From: an uncultured Anaerobiospirillum sp. | GTDB lineage: Bacteria > Pseudomonadota > Gammaproteobacteria > Enterobacterales > Succinivibrionaceae | DNA: 64,000 nucleotides | Direction of reading: 5' to 3' | Assembly: GCA_944389615.1 (NCBI GenBank) | Contig: CALXNA010000008.1 | Span: 16,194 to 80,193 of the forward strand | Shown: positions 11,359 through 24,662 of the stretch, piece after piece | Layout: each line of letters begins with the position of its first letter | Numbering within the stretch: the stretch's first letter is position 1 | Made by a program: the position numbers and the translations under genes | The notes under the pieces: generated by a model | Database searches by the model: none | What the model saw: the letters and a program-made list of their open reading frames with translations, nothing else | What the model was told of the DNA's origin: nothing

Positions 11359-12900
11359 CTAGTAGGTCTGCGTTGACTTGAACTCAGTTACCACGTCAGC
11401 AAACTGCTTTACAACCTCATCGTTGTAGTCAGGGTGCTCTTCGACGTTCTTGAGCAAGTCGGCATACTTCTGGCGAGCGAAGTCTAACAGGGCCGCTTCA
11501 AAAGGCAGAATCTTCTCTAAGGCAACATCCTCTAAGTAACCACGCTCGGCAGCGAAGATTACCAAGGCTTCCTCAGCGACTGTCAGTGGCGCGTACTGGT
11601 TTTGCTTCATCAACTCAGTGACCTTCTGGCCGTGATCAAGCTGCTTACGAGTAGCTTCATCGAGGTCAGACGAGAACTGAGCGAACGCAGCCAGCTCACG
11701 ATACTGAGCCAAGGCGGTACGAATACCACCGGAGAGCTTCTTCATGATCTTGGTCTGGGCGGCACCACCAACACGCGATACCGAGATACCAGGATCGACC
11801 GCCGGACGCACGCCCGAGTTAAAGAGCGAGCTGGTCAAGAAGATCTGACCGTCAGTAATCGAGATGACGTTGGTCGGAATGAAGGCCGAAACGTCACCGG
11901 CTTGGGTCTCAATGATTGGCAGAGCGGTCAAGGAACCAGTCTTGCCCTTGATCTTGCCCCCCGAGAGCTCCTCTAAGTACTCGGCATTGACGCGCGAGGC
12001 ACGCTCCAAAAGACGTGAGTGCAGGTAGAACACGTCGCCCGGATAGGCTTCACGCCCTGGTGGACGGCGCAGTAACAAGGAGATCTGACGGTAAGCGACG
12101 GCGTGCTTGGAGAGGTCATCATAGATAATTAAAGCGTCTTCGCCTTGATCCATGAAGTACTCACCCATAGCGCAGCCGGCGTATGGGGCAATGTATTGTA
12201 AAGCGGCGGTATCGGAGGCCGAAGCGGCAACCACGATGGTGTTGCTTAAGGCACCGTGCTCTTCTAACTTGCGTACGACCGAGGCAATGGTCGAAGCCTT
12301 CTGGCCGATGGCAACGTAGATACAGCGCACGCCGTAATTCTTCTGATTGATGATGGTATCAATCGCCAAAGCCGTCTTGCCGACCTGACGGTCGCCAATG
12401 ATGAGCTCACGCTGACCACGGCCGATTGGCACCATCGCGTCCACCGACTTGTAGCCAGTTTGGATTGGCTGAGATACGCCTTGACGGGCAATAACGCCTG
12501 GGGCAATCTTCTCGACTGGGTAGAAGGCCGCCTTATCGATTGGGCCCTTACCGTCGATTGGCTCACCTAAGGTGTTGACGACACGGCCAAGTAAGGCGTC
12601 ACCGACTGGAACTTCGAGAATACGGCCGGTACCACGAACCTTCATGCCCTCAGACAAGTGGGAGTATGGGCCCATCACAATGGCGCCCACCGAGTCACGC
12701 TCTAAGTTCAAGGCCAAGCCATACAGGCCATCGCCGAAGTCCAGCATCTCGCCTTGCATGACGTTAGACAAGCCGTGAATACGGACGATACCATCGTTGA
12801 CCGAAACGATGGTGCCCTCATCACGAGCTTCTGTGACAACCTTAAATTGCTCGATGCGCTTTTTAATGAGATCGGCAATTTCAGTTGAATTTAATTGCAT
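11359..12900 (-). CDS. atpA: F1 ATP synthase alpha subunit
   Basis: GDRQVGKTA Walker A and conserved alpha-subunit sequence. Confidence 0.97.
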   Translation of the reverse strand: MQLNSTEIADLIKKRIEQFKVVTEARDEGTIVSVNDGIVRIHGLSNVMQGEMLDFGDGLYGLALNLERDSVGAIVMGPYSHLSEGMKVRGTGRILEVPVGDALLGRVVNTLGEPIDGKGPIDKAAFYPVEKIAPGVIARQGVSQPIQTGYKSVDAMVPIGRGQRELIIGDRQVGKTALAIDTIINQKNYGVRCIYVAIGQKASTIASVVRKLEEHGALSNTIVVAASASDTAALQYIAPYAGCAMGEYFMDQGEDALIIYDDLSKHAVAYRQISLLLRRPPGREAYPGDVFYLHSRLLERASRVNAEYLEELSGGKIKGKTGSLTALPIIETQAGDVSAFIPTNVISITDGQIFLTSSLFNSGVRPAVDPGISVSRVGGAAQTKIMKKLSGGIRTALAQYRELAAFAQFSSDLDEATRKQLDHGQKVTELMKQNQYAPLTVAEEALVIFAAERGYLEDVALEKILPFEAALLDFARQKYADLLKNVEEHPDYNDEVVKQFADVVTEFKSTQTY

Positions 12901-12916
12901 TTAAGTATCCCCTGCG

Positions 12917-13456
12917 TTACTTGAGGGTTGAAGACAGTCGGTTCAGGTTAGTCTTGACGCTGGCATCAATCACCTCATCGCCCATACGGATGATGAGGCC
13001 ACCCAGAATCTCCGGATCCACCGTCTGTGTAACCCGGATGGTGGCTTGATACTTCTGTTCCAGCTTCGCGACGATGGCCTTAAGATCAGCCTCCGTCAGA
13101 GGACGGGCCGAAGTGATTTCCACCTGCTTAACCTTCAAGTAGTCGTCACGTAAACGCACGAACTCTTCGAAGATTTCAGGGAGCACCGCAAAGCGATTGT
13201 TCTCGCCTACGACGTAGACAAAGTTCTGTCCCTTTTGGTCGATGAGATCACCTAAAAGCTCAATGAGCAGCTGAGCTGCCGCCTGCGTGGTAGGCGCCTG
13301 CGACAGCAGCGTTTGGACTTGCTCATCTTGGGCAGCCACGGCCAAGGCCTGAAGGGATTGAGACCATTGGTCGAAGGTTTGATCTGCCTGAGCAATCTCA
13401 AACACAGCTTGAGCGTAAGGTCTTGCGATAGTTAGGTTCTCAGCCAATGCTTTCAC
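12917..13456 (-). CDS. atpH: F1 ATP synthase delta subunit
   Basis: Operon position and the ARPYAQAVFE motif. Confidence 0.9.
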   Translation of the reverse strand: MKALAENLTIARPYAQAVFEIAQADQTFDQWSQSLQALAVAAQDEQVQTLLSQAPTTQAAAQLLIELLGDLIDQKGQNFVYVVGENNRFAVLPEIFEEFVRLRDDYLKVKQVEITSARPLTEADLKAIVAKLEQKYQATIRVTQTVDPEILGGLIIRMGDEVIDASVKTNLNRLSSTLK

Positions 13457-13462
13457 CTCACT

Positions 13463-13933
13463 TTACAAGGAATCGACAATCTTCTTGACCAATTGATGAT
13501 CAGAGCTTGCATCCATCTTCTTATCAAGAATCTTCTCAGCGCCGGCGATAGCCAGGGCAATGACCTCAGCGCGCAGCTCCTCGCGGGCCTTATTGCGCTC
13601 GGCCTCGATCTCAGCCTTAGCGGCTTGGACGATCCGATTCTTTTCGTTAGTAGCTTCTTCAGCAGCACGATCCAAGATCATCGAGCGTTGCTTGTTCGCA
13701 TCATCGATGATCTGCTGCGCTTCGGCCTTAGCTTGGCGCAGGGCCTCAGCGGCGTTGGTCTTTGCTAACTCAAGGTTCTTTTTCGCCTTCTCGGCGTTGG
13801 CAAGGCCGTCGGCAATCTCTTTTTGCCTCTTCTCTAAGGCATTCATCAAAGGTGGCCAGACGTACTTCATGCACAAGACCACGAAGATGACGAAAGCAAC
13901 AGCTTGTCCTAAGAAAGTAGCATTAATTTCCAA
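13463..13933 (-). CDS. atpF: Fo ATP synthase b subunit
   Basis: N-terminal TM segment followed by a long charged helix, in the expected operon position. Confidence 0.9.
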   Translation of the reverse strand: MEINATFLGQAVAFVIFVVLCMKYVWPPLMNALEKRQKEIADGLANAEKAKKNLELAKTNAAEALRQAKAEAQQIIDDANKQRSMILDRAAEEATNEKNRIVQAAKAEIEAERNKAREELRAEVIALAIAGAEKILDKKMDASSDHQLVKKIVDSL

Positions 13934-14063
13934 GGTGTTAGCTCCTTGCTAAAACAGGTGTTTACTGGTGCCAAGGCCGCGCAGGCTCAGCTGCTAAGCC
14001 GCACTTCGCGCGCTCAAGCCGCGCTCAGGCTTAGTCAGCCTTGGCGGTGAAACAGCTGTTTTG

Positions 14064-14333
<270 letters not shown>

Positions 14334-14550
14334 TCAGCGGCAACCGCGCGGTCAAAGTCCGTGCCCGAAGGTGCTAACCTTCTCAAGCTCACCGGCCGTT
14401 CGCGTTTACAGCTGGCTCCATCAAGTGGCCCGACCAAGTTCTAAGGGCCTCTCAACGGAGACGATTGCTACAGTACAAAACAGTTACTAACACGTGCCTA
14501 TGCTTAAGCTGCAGCGCGCTTGAGCGCGCTGAGCGCGCACGGAAACCGAC

Positions 14551-15570
<1,020 letters not shown>

Positions 15571-17118
15571 CTACAAGGTAAAGGCCGTGCAGGCTAACGC
15601 GTGAGCCTTAAGCATTCTTTTGTGCTGACTTAAGTTGCTGGAGTACTAGACAACCAAGCGCAGGCGCAGGCGCAACCGAGCTTAACGCCAAAGGTCTCAG
15701 CCCTGTGACGCAAGCAGCATTGCCGCTCTTACTCTTAGTTCCACCCTAATCCTCTTGCTACTGGGAAGCGGGAGTGACTTCAAGGAGCAGCCTAAGCGCG
15801 ACCGAGCGAACTCAAACCAAGTCAGGGGCTAATAGGTGCAAGCGATAAAGCGCCGCTTCTCTGTTCTTGGCAGTTCCCTACGCCGACCACCCAGCACGGA
15901 AATGAGCGCAAGTAGCAGCGCCGACCATCGAGGGCAAACCTCAACTATCAAGGCACCACAACCTACCCCAACATCATGCTGAGCTATCAAGGCGCTCGGG
16001 GCATCACCACCAAAAAGAGAAAAGACGCACTTTACAGCTTTTAGCTCCCGCCTCAGCAAGCTCAAGCTCTATCAAGCAGCTGCAGCTTCTCCGTTGAGTC
16101 TCAGAGGGTTCATCGACGTGTCGCAAGACCTCAAGCCCAGCCCAAGCCAAGTTGCCAGCAAGTGCTGCAACAGCTCAGAACCGCGCTCTTAGAGCCTTGT
16201 CACCACGGCACGCTAAACCACACTGAATCCCGGAAATAGTAAAAGCACTAGTGCAAAGGCAGCCCCAGCCGCAAAGCCAAGCTACCCTCTAGTAATCCCT
16301 GCGCTGTCTCAGCCAAGCAGCCGAAGCCCTTCACCGCAACAACGCAACATATGACTTTAACCCGATCCTGATGGCGGGCAAAGACATTATGGACTAATAT
16401 GCAAGTTTTGCCCCGCTTAGGCTCAAGCCGCACCAAAGGCGCGCTCAGGGGGTGAGCAAGCCTCAAGCTTGCGCAATCTTGTGCCTAGGCAGTGGGACAG
16501 AAGCCCACATATCGACCCTAATATAACCACATTGGAAGCGGATTTCCATCGACTCACAAGCCCCTTCAGCCCCCACCTTCAGCCTCCTAACCCAAGCTGC
16601 CTATGGCAGCTCCCGCGCAGCCCCGACTTTATGGGGGAGCCTGCCTGAGCCCTGCGGCCCCAAGCCCCAGACCTTCCCCTAACTGAGTGCCAAACTTTTG
16701 GGCACAGGCGTCCAGCATTGCACTAAAAGTGATCAAAACTTTAGCGCGCCACTGTCAAATTTCCCGCAGTCTGACAGCTATGCCTAAGTTGCACGCCCCT
16801 CAGTAAAGGCCACTAGATGCGACAAAAAGCGCCCGTTTTTTGCCCCATTACCATGCAACTTTAGGATTCTTGCCACCACCCCGCGCCCGCCCCACCATAG
16901 GGCACCGCCCCGATTTCAGGCACCAGCCCCACAACCGAAGTCAGCTCCGGCATAGGTCTCTAAGGCGCAGTGGGCCACTACCCGCCCATGCGCCTCAGGC
17001 CACTCTAGTGGCGGCTGCGCTCGCCGCTTGCCGCTTCACGCTGCGGGCAGTCTGTTGGGTCTCTATGGAGCAGTTTGCTCTCCATGACGATACGCGCCCG
17101 TCTTGGGCGCGTTTGGGC

Positions 17119-17712
17119 TTAGCGGTGTACCACGGCCAAGATGGAATTGATGAGCTGCGCGACCATCATGACGACAAAACCCAAGATCACGAGGGCTGGG
17201 GGCAAGGAGGTTAACTTGAAGATCACGCCTAAGCACAAGATCATCAGGCCATATTTTAGGAACTCGGCGCGCAGCAAGTCGAACATGGTGTGCAGCGCAC
17301 TGGTGCTATGACGGCGTGCAATCGCGGCATAGACCATGAGCGGGATGAGCAAACTCAAGGCGCCTGCCGTGGTGGCTAAGGCATACCACGCGACGACGCC
17401 GCATGGGCCTGACCATGGGCCTAAGACCTGCTCTTTGAGCGCTTGGTAGTAACCGACAAAGGCACCGCCCATGACCACAAAGACCAGCCATTGCAGCAGG
17501 CGCACCCAATTGATCATGCGACCTGCCACTTGGCGCTGTTCGGCGTTTAACGCTTCAGCCTGATCCTTGGAGACGGCTTGACCCCAATTGTCGTCATCGT
17601 AGGAGGCATTGCGGTCACCGTACTTGCCGGAAGCCTTGCCCGACTGAGCTGAGGCCTTGCTCAACGGCTCATGGGCCTTGCCCGACTGGGCCTGATTGTT
17701 GGGATCGGTCAT
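17119..17712 (-). CDS. atpI: Probable ATP synthase protein I (AtpI-like small membrane protein) with a hydrophilic N-terminal extension
   Basis: About four predicted TM helices. It lies between parB and the atp operon, as in other gammaproteobacteria. There is no sequence-level proof. Confidence 0.45.
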   Translation of the reverse strand: MTDPNNQAQSGKAHEPLSKASAQSGKASGKYGDRNASYDDDNWGQAVSKDQAEALNAEQRQVAGRMINWVRLLQWLVFVVMGGAFVGYYQALKEQVLGPWSGPCGVVAWYALATTAGALSLLIPLMVYAAIARRHSTSALHTMFDLLRAEFLKYGLMILCLGVIFKLTSLPPALVILGFVVMMVAQLINSILAVVHR

Positions 17713-17720
17713 ACTTCGGT

Positions 17721-19106
17721 CTACTCTGCCGCCTTATCCTGAGCTAAGCCTAAGCGCGTGAGCAGCTGCTCTAACTCTTGCTCGTTGTTGTAGCTTAAGG
17801 TGAGCTTGCCCTTGGTGCTCTTAGCGCTGGCTGCCAAGCTAAACTTGGCGACCACGCCGCCCAACTGGGCATTGAGGGTCGACTCGCATTGCTCTAAGTA
17901 CGAGCGTAGCTGCTCTTTGAGGCGCTGCTTATCGGCCTGACCTTGCTTAGGAGCGCGCTTTTTACGCTGCTCGGCGCTGAGATGCTTTTTGATGTACTCC
18001 TCAGTGGCGCGCACCGAGAGCTGCTTTTTGATGATGAGCTCGCACAGCTCCACTTGGGTGGCATCGTCAAAGCCCACAATGAGCTTGCCGTGACCGAAGT
18101 TGATGTCACCGCGGCGCAGCGCCTCCTGTACCTGCTCGTTCATGGTGGTCAGGCGCAGGTAGTTGGCCACCGCCGAGCGCGATTTGCCGACACTGGCGGC
18201 AACCTGCTCTTGGGTCATGCCGCACTCTTGCATCATCTGCTCAAAGGCAATTGCCAGCTCAATTGGGTTTAAGCTCTCGCGCTGGATGTTTTCAATCAGG
18301 GCGATGGCGTAGGCCTTTTCATCGACCACATCACGCACTAAGCACGGCAGTTCAGTCAAGCCTGCGAGCTTAGCCGCGCGGTAGCGGCGCTCACCGCAGA
18401 TAATCTCATAGCCCTGCTCGGGCGTGCGCTTGACGATCAAAGGCTCAAGCAGGCCATGCTCCATGATCGAGCTAGCCAGCTCCTTGATCGAATCGTCATC
18501 GAAGTAATCGCGCGGCTGATAGCTCGACGGATTCAACTGCGACAGCGCAATCTGGTGGATGCGGTTATCATCCTCGCCCGTCAGCATCACACCCGCAGCT
18601 GCCGCATGCTGCGCCATATGCGCTTGAATGGCCTCCGAGGCCGTGTCCATAGCAGACTCGGCCTTGCTATCAACCGCCTGCGCCGCTGGCACGGTAGCAG
18701 CCTCCGCTGCCTTGCGACGGCGCTTGGGCTTAGTGCGCTTGCGCGTCTCATCCAAGATCTGCTGCATCTTGGCTTCTTGCTCAGGGGTGACGTCATCGAG
18801 CAAATTGCCTTGCACCGCACACGGTGCCGCACTCGACTCACTTATCTCATGCGCTTCAGTCTTGCTTGGCTTGGTTTTCTTGGAGCTGCGGCGCTTAGGC
18901 GCAGGGGTGATCTCTGGGGTTAGAACCTCTTCGCTTGTGCCCTCAACTTGCAGCGCCCCGATCTCTTGCTGGTCGGCCACGCCCTTAGACTGCAGGGAGC
19001 GCACAATCAGGTCTTGCCCGACCACCCCTTGGCTGCCGTTGACCTTGGCACTTTTAGACGAGCTTTGACTGAGTAATGCGCCTAAACCACGGCCTAAACC
19101 TGCCAT
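17721..19106 (-). CDS. parB: Chromosome partitioning protein ParB/Spo0J
   Basis: ParB box CGERRYRAA, HTH GMTQEQVAASVGKSRSAVANYLRL. A ~170-aa low-complexity N-terminal region makes it long (461 aa). Confidence 0.9.
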   Translation of the reverse strand: MAGLGRGLGALLSQSSSKSAKVNGSQGVVGQDLIVRSLQSKGVADQQEIGALQVEGTSEEVLTPEITPAPKRRSSKKTKPSKTEAHEISESSAAPCAVQGNLLDDVTPEQEAKMQQILDETRKRTKPKRRRKAAEAATVPAAQAVDSKAESAMDTASEAIQAHMAQHAAAAGVMLTGEDDNRIHQIALSQLNPSSYQPRDYFDDDSIKELASSIMEHGLLEPLIVKRTPEQGYEIICGERRYRAAKLAGLTELPCLVRDVVDEKAYAIALIENIQRESLNPIELAIAFEQMMQECGMTQEQVAASVGKSRSAVANYLRLTTMNEQVQEALRRGDINFGHGKLIVGFDDATQVELCELIIKKQLSVRATEEYIKKHLSAEQRKKRAPKQGQADKQRLKEQLRSYLEQCESTLNAQLGGVVAKFSLAASAKSTKGKLTLSYNNEQELEQLLTRLGLAQDKAAE

Positions 19107-19164
19107 ATCTCACTCCATGCAAAACTAAGGGAGGGGTGTCACGCACCCAAAACTGAAGGGAAAG

Positions 19165-20157
19165 CTAAGCGGACGTCCGCGTTGTCTTGGCCCGCGCCGT
19201 AGTTGGGCGCGCTGCGGGCGCCGCAGCTTGCGGTGTAGTTTGCGCCCGTGGGGCCGCCGCTACCTTCGCCACGGCCTTGACCTGCGCTTGGGGAGCGGGC
19301 ACAGCGTGAGGCGCAGCCGCAGGCTGGGCCGGAGCCTTGCGGACGGTCTTGGCAGCACGCGCTTTAGCCACAGCCTCTTGGCGCTTGGCCTCCAGCAAAT
19401 CCTTTTCTAAAATCTCGGCGGCTAAGGCGAGGTAGGCCTTGGTGCCGGTGGAGTTCTTATCGTAGTAGAGGGCAGGCTTAGCGTAGCTCGGCGCTTCAGC
19501 CAAGCGCACATTGCGCGGGATGATGGTCTTGTAGACCAAGTCGCCAAAGCTCTGCTCTAAGTCTTGCGAGACGTCGGCCGACAAGCGGTTACGATTGTCG
19601 TACATCGTGCGCAAGATGCCTTCGATCTTGAGGTTGGGATTAACCGCGCGTGCCAGCTGGTCGACCGTGTCGATGAGGAGCGTTAAGCCCTCTAAGGCAA
19701 AGTACTCACATTGTAGCGGCACTAAGATGCTGTCGGCGGCGCACATGGCGTTGACCGTGAGCAGGTTGAGCGAAGGCGGGCAATCGATTAAAACGTAGTC
19801 GTAGTTGGCGACAATAGCGGTTAAGGCGTTCTTGAGGCGGAACTCGCGCACTAAGAAATCAAGCAGCTTGACCTCGGCCGCGGTGAGGTCTTCGTTGGCA
19901 GGGATGATGTGATATCCCCCGGAGGTCTGGGCGATGACGCACTCGCGGATGTCGATGCCATCGATCAAGACTTGGGTGATCGAATGGGGCAAGTTGAACT
20001 TGTTGACGCCCGAGGCCATAGTGGCATTGCCCTGCGGGTCGGAGTCAATCAACAGCACCCGCTTTTGCATCGCCGCAAGCGAAGCCGCGAGATTCACGCA
20101 AGTGGTAGTTTTACCCACGCCACCTTTTTGATTGGCGATCGCAATAACCTTGGCCAT
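19165..20157 (-). CDS. parA: Chromosome partitioning ATPase ParA/Soj with an Ala/Pro-rich C-terminal tail
   Basis: MAKVIAIANQKGGVGKTTT deviant Walker A. The likely start is at 20157 (ORF track 19165..20214). Confidence 0.9.
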   Translation of the reverse strand: MAKVIAIANQKGGVGKTTTCVNLAASLAAMQKRVLLIDSDPQGNATMASGVNKFNLPHSITQVLIDGIDIRECVIAQTSGGYHIIPANEDLTAAEVKLLDFLVREFRLKNALTAIVANYDYVLIDCPPSLNLLTVNAMCAADSILVPLQCEYFALEGLTLLIDTVDQLARAVNPNLKIEGILRTMYDNRNRLSADVSQDLEQSFGDLVYKTIIPRNVRLAEAPSYAKPALYYDKNSTGTKAYLALAAEILEKDLLEAKRQEAVAKARAAKTVRKAPAQPAAAPHAVPAPQAQVKAVAKVAAAPRAQTTPQAAAPAARPTTARAKTTRTSA

Positions 20158-20255
20158 AACCATCCTTGAGCAACTCAAAGCTGCCCGCCCACGAAGCTGC
20201 CACCATGCGCCCAAGGATCTGCCGCCAAGGCCAAGCTCAGCTCGGCTGCGGCGTG

Positions 20256-20927
20256 TTAGGCGCGCCTTAAGACCACCGCCTGACGCACTGCCTCAAGCGT
20301 GGGTACGTTTAACTTAATCATCGCGTCTATTGTAACAGTTTCGGGAATGGCCTGAATTTCACTCTCTTCGAGATGGGCCTTCATAGCCACGAAGCGCCCG
20401 TCGGCGCGTAAGAGGGGCAGGCACCACGTCACCATGCGCTCAAGCGGCGCGAAGGCGCGACTGACGATCACGGCAAAAGGTTCATGCTCAATCTCCTCGC
20501 AGCGCTTGTTGATCAGCTCGACGTTAGCAAGGCCTAAGCGGGCCACGACTTGCCGCACAAAGGAGAGCTTCTTGCCCACCGAATCGATCAAGGTAAAGTG
20601 CACATCCGGGGCCAAGATCGCCAGCACAAGACCCGGAAAGCCCGCGCCCGTGCCCACATCGGCGACGCCAAGCGTACCGCCCACTTGCGTCAGCTGTGCC
20701 CGCACCACCGGTAAGAGCACCGCACTATCGACCACATGCAGCAGCACCATTTGCTTTACGTCCTTGATCGCCGTGAGGTTCAAGGCCGCATTCCACGTAT
20801 TAAGCAGCTCAATCAAAGTCGTCAGCTGCTCCAGCTGCTCCGGCGTGACCATAAGCTCCGTCTGCGCCAAAAGCTCAGCCAAATACGCCTTACACGACTC
20901 CCACTCAAAAGCACTCGCTTTAGCCAT
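20256..20927 (-). CDS. rsmG: 16S rRNA (guanine527-N7)-methyltransferase
   Basis: SAM motif [10 protein letters not shown]. It overlaps the mnmG stop by 8 nt. Confidence 0.9.
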   Translation of the reverse strand: MAKASAFEWESCKAYLAELLAQTELMVTPEQLEQLTTLIELLNTWNAALNLTAIKDVKQMVLLHVVDSAVLLPVVRAQLTQVGGTLGVADVGTGAGFPGLVLAILAPDVHFTLIDSVGKKLSFVRQVVARLGLANVELINKRCEEIEHEPFAVIVSRAFAPLERMVTWCLPLLRADGRFVAMKAHLEESEIQAIPETVTIDAMIKLNVPTLEAVRQAVVLRRA

Positions 20928-22968
20928 TGGTCACCTCCGCAGCCTGCGCAGTAGCATCAACTTGAGCCGCTGCTTGGGCCTGCGCCGTCGCATCGGACGT
21001 TGCTGCAACTTGGGCCTGCGCTTGAACCTGCGCCGCCGCCTCAATCGCTTGTGCCGCGGCGATGGTATCGGCCCGCTGGCCCTTTGGGGCGCGATTTAAC
21101 AAGCCCATCTTCTTGAGGTGCACTAAGAGAATGGAGATGGCCGCCGGAGTTACACCTGAAATGCGCGAGGCCATGCCCAAGGTTTCAGGCTGGAACTCAT
21201 TGAGCTTTTGCGCCACTTCGTTGGACAAGGCCGCGATGGTCTTGTAGTCGAAGTTTTGCGGCAGCATAGTCTTTTCATTGAGCTCGCGCTTCTTGATTTC
21301 ATCGAGCTCATGCTCAAGGTAGCCCTGATAGCGCACTTGGATTTCCACCTGCTCACGCGCCTGCTCAATCGTGGCAATTGGCTCTAAGCCAGCCGCTTGC
21401 AGCAGTGGACTCAAGCGCGACTCCGGACGGCGCAGGATCTCCTCGAGCGTTTGCTCCTTAGACAGCGGGGTACGTAGCAGCGCGCTGACGTCCTTACCCA
21501 TCTGGGAGCTTGGCTTGACCAAGGTAGCCTGCAGACGGGCCTTCTCGCCCTCGATTTGCTGTACCTTGGCCTCAAAGGCGCGCATGCGCTCATCGGAGAT
21601 GATGCCCAAGTCGCGAGCGACTGGGGTTAAGCGCAGATCGGCATTGTCCTCGCGCAGGATTAAGCGGTACTCGGCCCGCGAGGTAAACATACGATACGGC
21701 TCGCGCGTGCCCAAGGTGCACAGATCGTCCATCATGACGCCGATGTAGGCGGTATTGCGCGAAGGGAACCAAGCCTCACGGCCTTGGACAAAGAGCGCGG
21801 CGTTGATACCAGCAAGCAAGCCCTGCGCAGCCGCCTCCTCATAGCCGGTGGTGCCATTGATCTGGCCTGCGAGGAATAAGCCCTTGATCTTCTTGGACTG
21901 CATCGTGACCGAGAGCTCACGCGGGTCGTAGAAGTCGTACTCAATGGCATAGCCCGGACGGGCGATGACCGCGTTCTCAAAGCCGCTGATGGAGTGGATA
22001 AACTTCTCTTGGATGTCGTAAGGCAGCGAGGTCGAGATACCGTTAGGGTAAATCAACGGTGAGGTCAGGCCCTCAGGCTCGACGAAGATCTGGTGGGCCT
22101 CACGCTGCGGATAGCGCACGATCTTGTCTTCAATCGACGGGCAATAGCGCGGGCCGGTTGACTTGATCACGCCTGAGTAGAGCGGGCTACGGTCAAGGCC
22201 TGAGCGAATGATGTCGTGGGTGCGCTCGTTGGTATGGGTGATGTGGCAGCACACCTGCTGTGGCAGCACGCTGTTATCGTCTAAGAACGAGAACACCGGC
22301 AATGGGTTCTCAGGTTCTTGGCGCTGCATCTTGGAGTAGTCGATCGACGAAGCGACCAAACGGGCCGGGGTGCCGGTCTTAAGACGCCCCTGCTTTAAGC
22401 CCAGCTCCTTTAAGTTCTCAGCCAAAGCCACCGAGGCCGGATCTCCGGCCCGGCCACCTTGGTAGTGATTAAGACCGATGTGGATGAGGCCATTTAAGAA
22501 GGTACCAGCACAGATGATGACGGCAGGCGCATGAAACTCGATATCGGCGGCCGTGGTGACGCCACAGAGCGTGTCACCGTCAAAGAGCAGCTTGGTGCAC
22601 GGTTGTTGGAATAAGGTGAGATTCGGGTACGAGGCCAAGGTCGTGCGCATCACCTCTTTATAGAGGTGACGGTCGGTCTGGGCGCGCGTGGCGCGCACTG
22701 CTGGACCCTTAGAGGAGTTCAAGGTACGAAATTGGATGCCTGCCCGATCAATCGCCTGCGGGCAGATACCACCCATAGCGTCGATCTCGCGCAGCAAATG
22801 GCCCTTACCGATGCCACCGAAGGCCGGATTGCAGGACATCTCGCCCACCGTCTCCAAGTTGTGGGTCAAAAGCAAAGTCTTGCAGCCCATGCGTGCCGCC
22901 GCACCGGCTGCCTCAATCCCGGCGTGACCTGCGCCCACCACGATGACATCAAACTTTCTCAAGGACAT
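20920..22968 (-). CDS. mnmG: tRNA uridine 5-carboxymethylaminomethyl modification enzyme MnmG (GidA), with an Ala/Gln-rich C-terminal tail
   Basis: [19 protein letters not shown] motif and conserved sequence throughout. Confidence 0.97.
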   Translation of the reverse strand: MSLRKFDVIVVGAGHAGIEAAGAAARMGCKTLLLTHNLETVGEMSCNPAFGGIGKGHLLREIDAMGGICPQAIDRAGIQFRTLNSSKGPAVRATRAQTDRHLYKEVMRTTLASYPNLTLFQQPCTKLLFDGDTLCGVTTAADIEFHAPAVIICAGTFLNGLIHIGLNHYQGGRAGDPASVALAENLKELGLKQGRLKTGTPARLVASSIDYSKMQRQEPENPLPVFSFLDDNSVLPQQVCCHITHTNERTHDIIRSGLDRSPLYSGVIKSTGPRYCPSIEDKIVRYPQREAHQIFVEPEGLTSPLIYPNGISTSLPYDIQEKFIHSISGFENAVIARPGYAIEYDFYDPRELSVTMQSKKIKGLFLAGQINGTTGYEEAAAQGLLAGINAALFVQGREAWFPSRNTAYIGVMMDDLCTLGTREPYRMFTSRAEYRLILREDNADLRLTPVARDLGIISDERMRAFEAKVQQIEGEKARLQATLVKPSSQMGKDVSALLRTPLSKEQTLEEILRRPESRLSPLLQAAGLEPIATIEQAREQVEIQVRYQGYLEHELDEIKKRELNEKTMLPQNFDYKTIAALSNEVAQKLNEFQPETLGMASRISGVTPAAISILLVHLKKMGLLNRAPKGQRADTIAAAQAIEAAAQVQAQAQVAATSDATAQAQAAAQVDATAQAAEVTNG

Positions 22969-23249
22969 ACCAAGCTCCCACTAAAACGAACCGGCCCACT
23001 GAGCCTCAAGCCCCTGCGCTCAAGCACAAACGGCTATTCTCTCAGAAATACGGCGCGCGTATTGTACCTTAGAGCAGCCCCACTTGCGTATGGAACCTCA
23101 TTTGAGTCGTCGGCTCAACCGCTGGTGCTACCGGTGCTACTTGAGCATTTGTCGCAGACTGCCCTCACGTCTCTGCACTCTCAGGCTATGCTATTCAGAC
23201 GATCGTTTTCTCCCCAAGGACTTCCCTCACAAGCAGGGGGCAAATTTGA

Positions 23250-23600
23250 AGCTAGACGAAGATATAAGGATTCATGATCTGATCTTTATGATCTTTGATC
23301 TATTCTTCTTCTAGGGCGCCGTTTTAGTGGGATCAGGGCGCAAGCCTTGATGGCACGGGCCTTGGCGCATGTGGTTTGTTAGTGGGATCACTTTGGGCAA
23401 CTTGGCACTATCCAAATGGCAAGTTTTTAGCCGCGTTTTCTCCCACCCCAGTCCCACATCTTGCCCACATCATTTCCACGTCTTTACCCCAACGCAGCTC
23501 ACATTTTGATCACGCAAGATCCAACAACTCGGCCCCTAAATGCCAAAAATGTGACACATATCACACACAAAAGCGTCCGCTTTCCTTTCCTTGGGGAATA
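23250..23600. other. Candidate chromosomal replication origin (oriC-like)
   Basis: Lies ~300 bp upstream of mnmG, as in E. coli and Vibrio. An AT-rich stretch carries 4 GATC in ~24 bp and 13-mer-like words (GATCTGATCTTTA, GATCTTTGATCTA, GATCTATTCTTCT). TTAGTGGGATCA occurs twice (~23324, ~23379), followed by TATCCAAAT and a run of TCCCAC / CCCACAT / TTCCACG words (23436-23480). There are 9 GATC in ~320 bp. Confidence 0.45.
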
Positions 23601-24028
23601 CTTCCCCCCAAGCCTGCCGCGCAGGCCGCGCAGCTCTCCGCTCATCCAGCGCCCCTTGCGGCTGCCCGCTTTCCAATTGCCCGATCCCATAGGATCGCAG
23701 CTTGTCACGCTGTTGCCCGCGGCTGAGGTGCCGCATCAGGGGCTCGACCGCCCAGAACGGGATGCGGCGCAGCTGCCACCGAGTTACGTTCCTCGCGGGC
23801 AGCCTGAGGTGTGGCGTAAGTGGTCTGCTGTTCCTTAGAGTTCGCTCGGAACGTGATGCGGCGTGGCCGGATGGAGGGAGATGGCTTACGCTGCTCTTGA
23901 GTGAGCGTGGGGCTGGTCGTCACCGTAGGGGCTGAAGCTGCCTGCCTTGGTGGGGACGGTGGGGGACGCTGATAGGAATGCCGTTTGAGACGGTGGGATG
24001 CTTGGGGAGAGGGCTGGGGAGCGGGGAC

Positions 24029-24058
24029 AAAAATGCCCTACGACTGTAGGGCAGTTTT
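24029..24058 (-). terminator. Rho-independent terminator candidate downstream of efp
   Basis: tgccctac-gact-gtagggca stem flanked by aaaaa / gtttt. Confidence 0.6.
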
Positions 24059-24098
24059 GCGGCCGAAGCCTTGGTGTTGCGGGCGTTAGCCCTGCGTC

Positions 24099-24662
24099 TT
24101 AGACGCGCTTCTTGAACTCGTTGGTGCGAGTATCGATTTCGATCTTGTCGCCGATGTTAACGAACTCAGGAACGCTTAACTCAAAGCCGGTACCGGCTAA
24201 ACGAGCTGGCTTGGTGACCTTGCCGGAGGTGTCGCCACGAACAGCAGGCTCGGTGTACTCAACCTCACGGACGATCGAGATTGGTAACTCAACCGAGATG
24301 GCCTTGCCATTGTAGAAGGTGACTTGGCAAACATCTTCCATACCGTCAACGAGGTAGTTTAAGACGTCACCTAAGTTGTCCTTTTCGATGTCGTACTGGT
24401 TGTACTCTTCGTCCATGAAGACGTAGAGCGGATCGTTGTAGTAGGAGTAGGTGCAAGCCTTGCGCTCTAAGATGACATCCTCTAAGCGGTCATCGGCGCG
24501 GAATACGGTCTCGGTACCGGCGTCCGACAGCAGGTTCTTGAGCTTCATCTTAACAACGGCAGCGTTACGACCGGACTTGTTGTACTCGGCCTTTTGTACA
24601 ACCATTGGGTTGCCGTTGAGCATGATTACATTACCAGCACGAATCTCTTGTGCTAACTTCAT
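24099..24662 (-). CDS. efp: Elongation factor P, Arg32 (EarP-rhamnosylated) type
   Basis: [45 protein letters not shown]. The KSGRNAA loop is the hallmark of the Pseudomonas/Shewanella/Neisseria-type EF-P. ATG at 24662 has a GGAG RBS (ORF track 24099..24764). Confidence 0.92.
   Translation of the reverse strand: MKLAQEIRAGNVIMLNGNPMVVQKAEYNKSGRNAAVVKMKLKNLLSDAGTETVFRADDRLEDVILERKACTYSYYNDPLYVFMDEEYNQYDIEKDNLGDVLNYLVDGMEDVCQVTFYNGKAISVELPISIVREVEYTEPAVRGDTSGKVTKPARLAGTGFELSVPEFVNIGDKIEIDTRTNEFKKRV

Noticed and set aside
15829-17214. ORFs 15829..16065(-), 16248..16466(-) and 16840..17214(+) in the atpI-atpB gap.
   Set aside because: They are short, with no RBS and with biased Arg/Pro/His/Cys compositions. 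The last is antisense to atpI. The region is treated as non-coding and reported as a finding instead.
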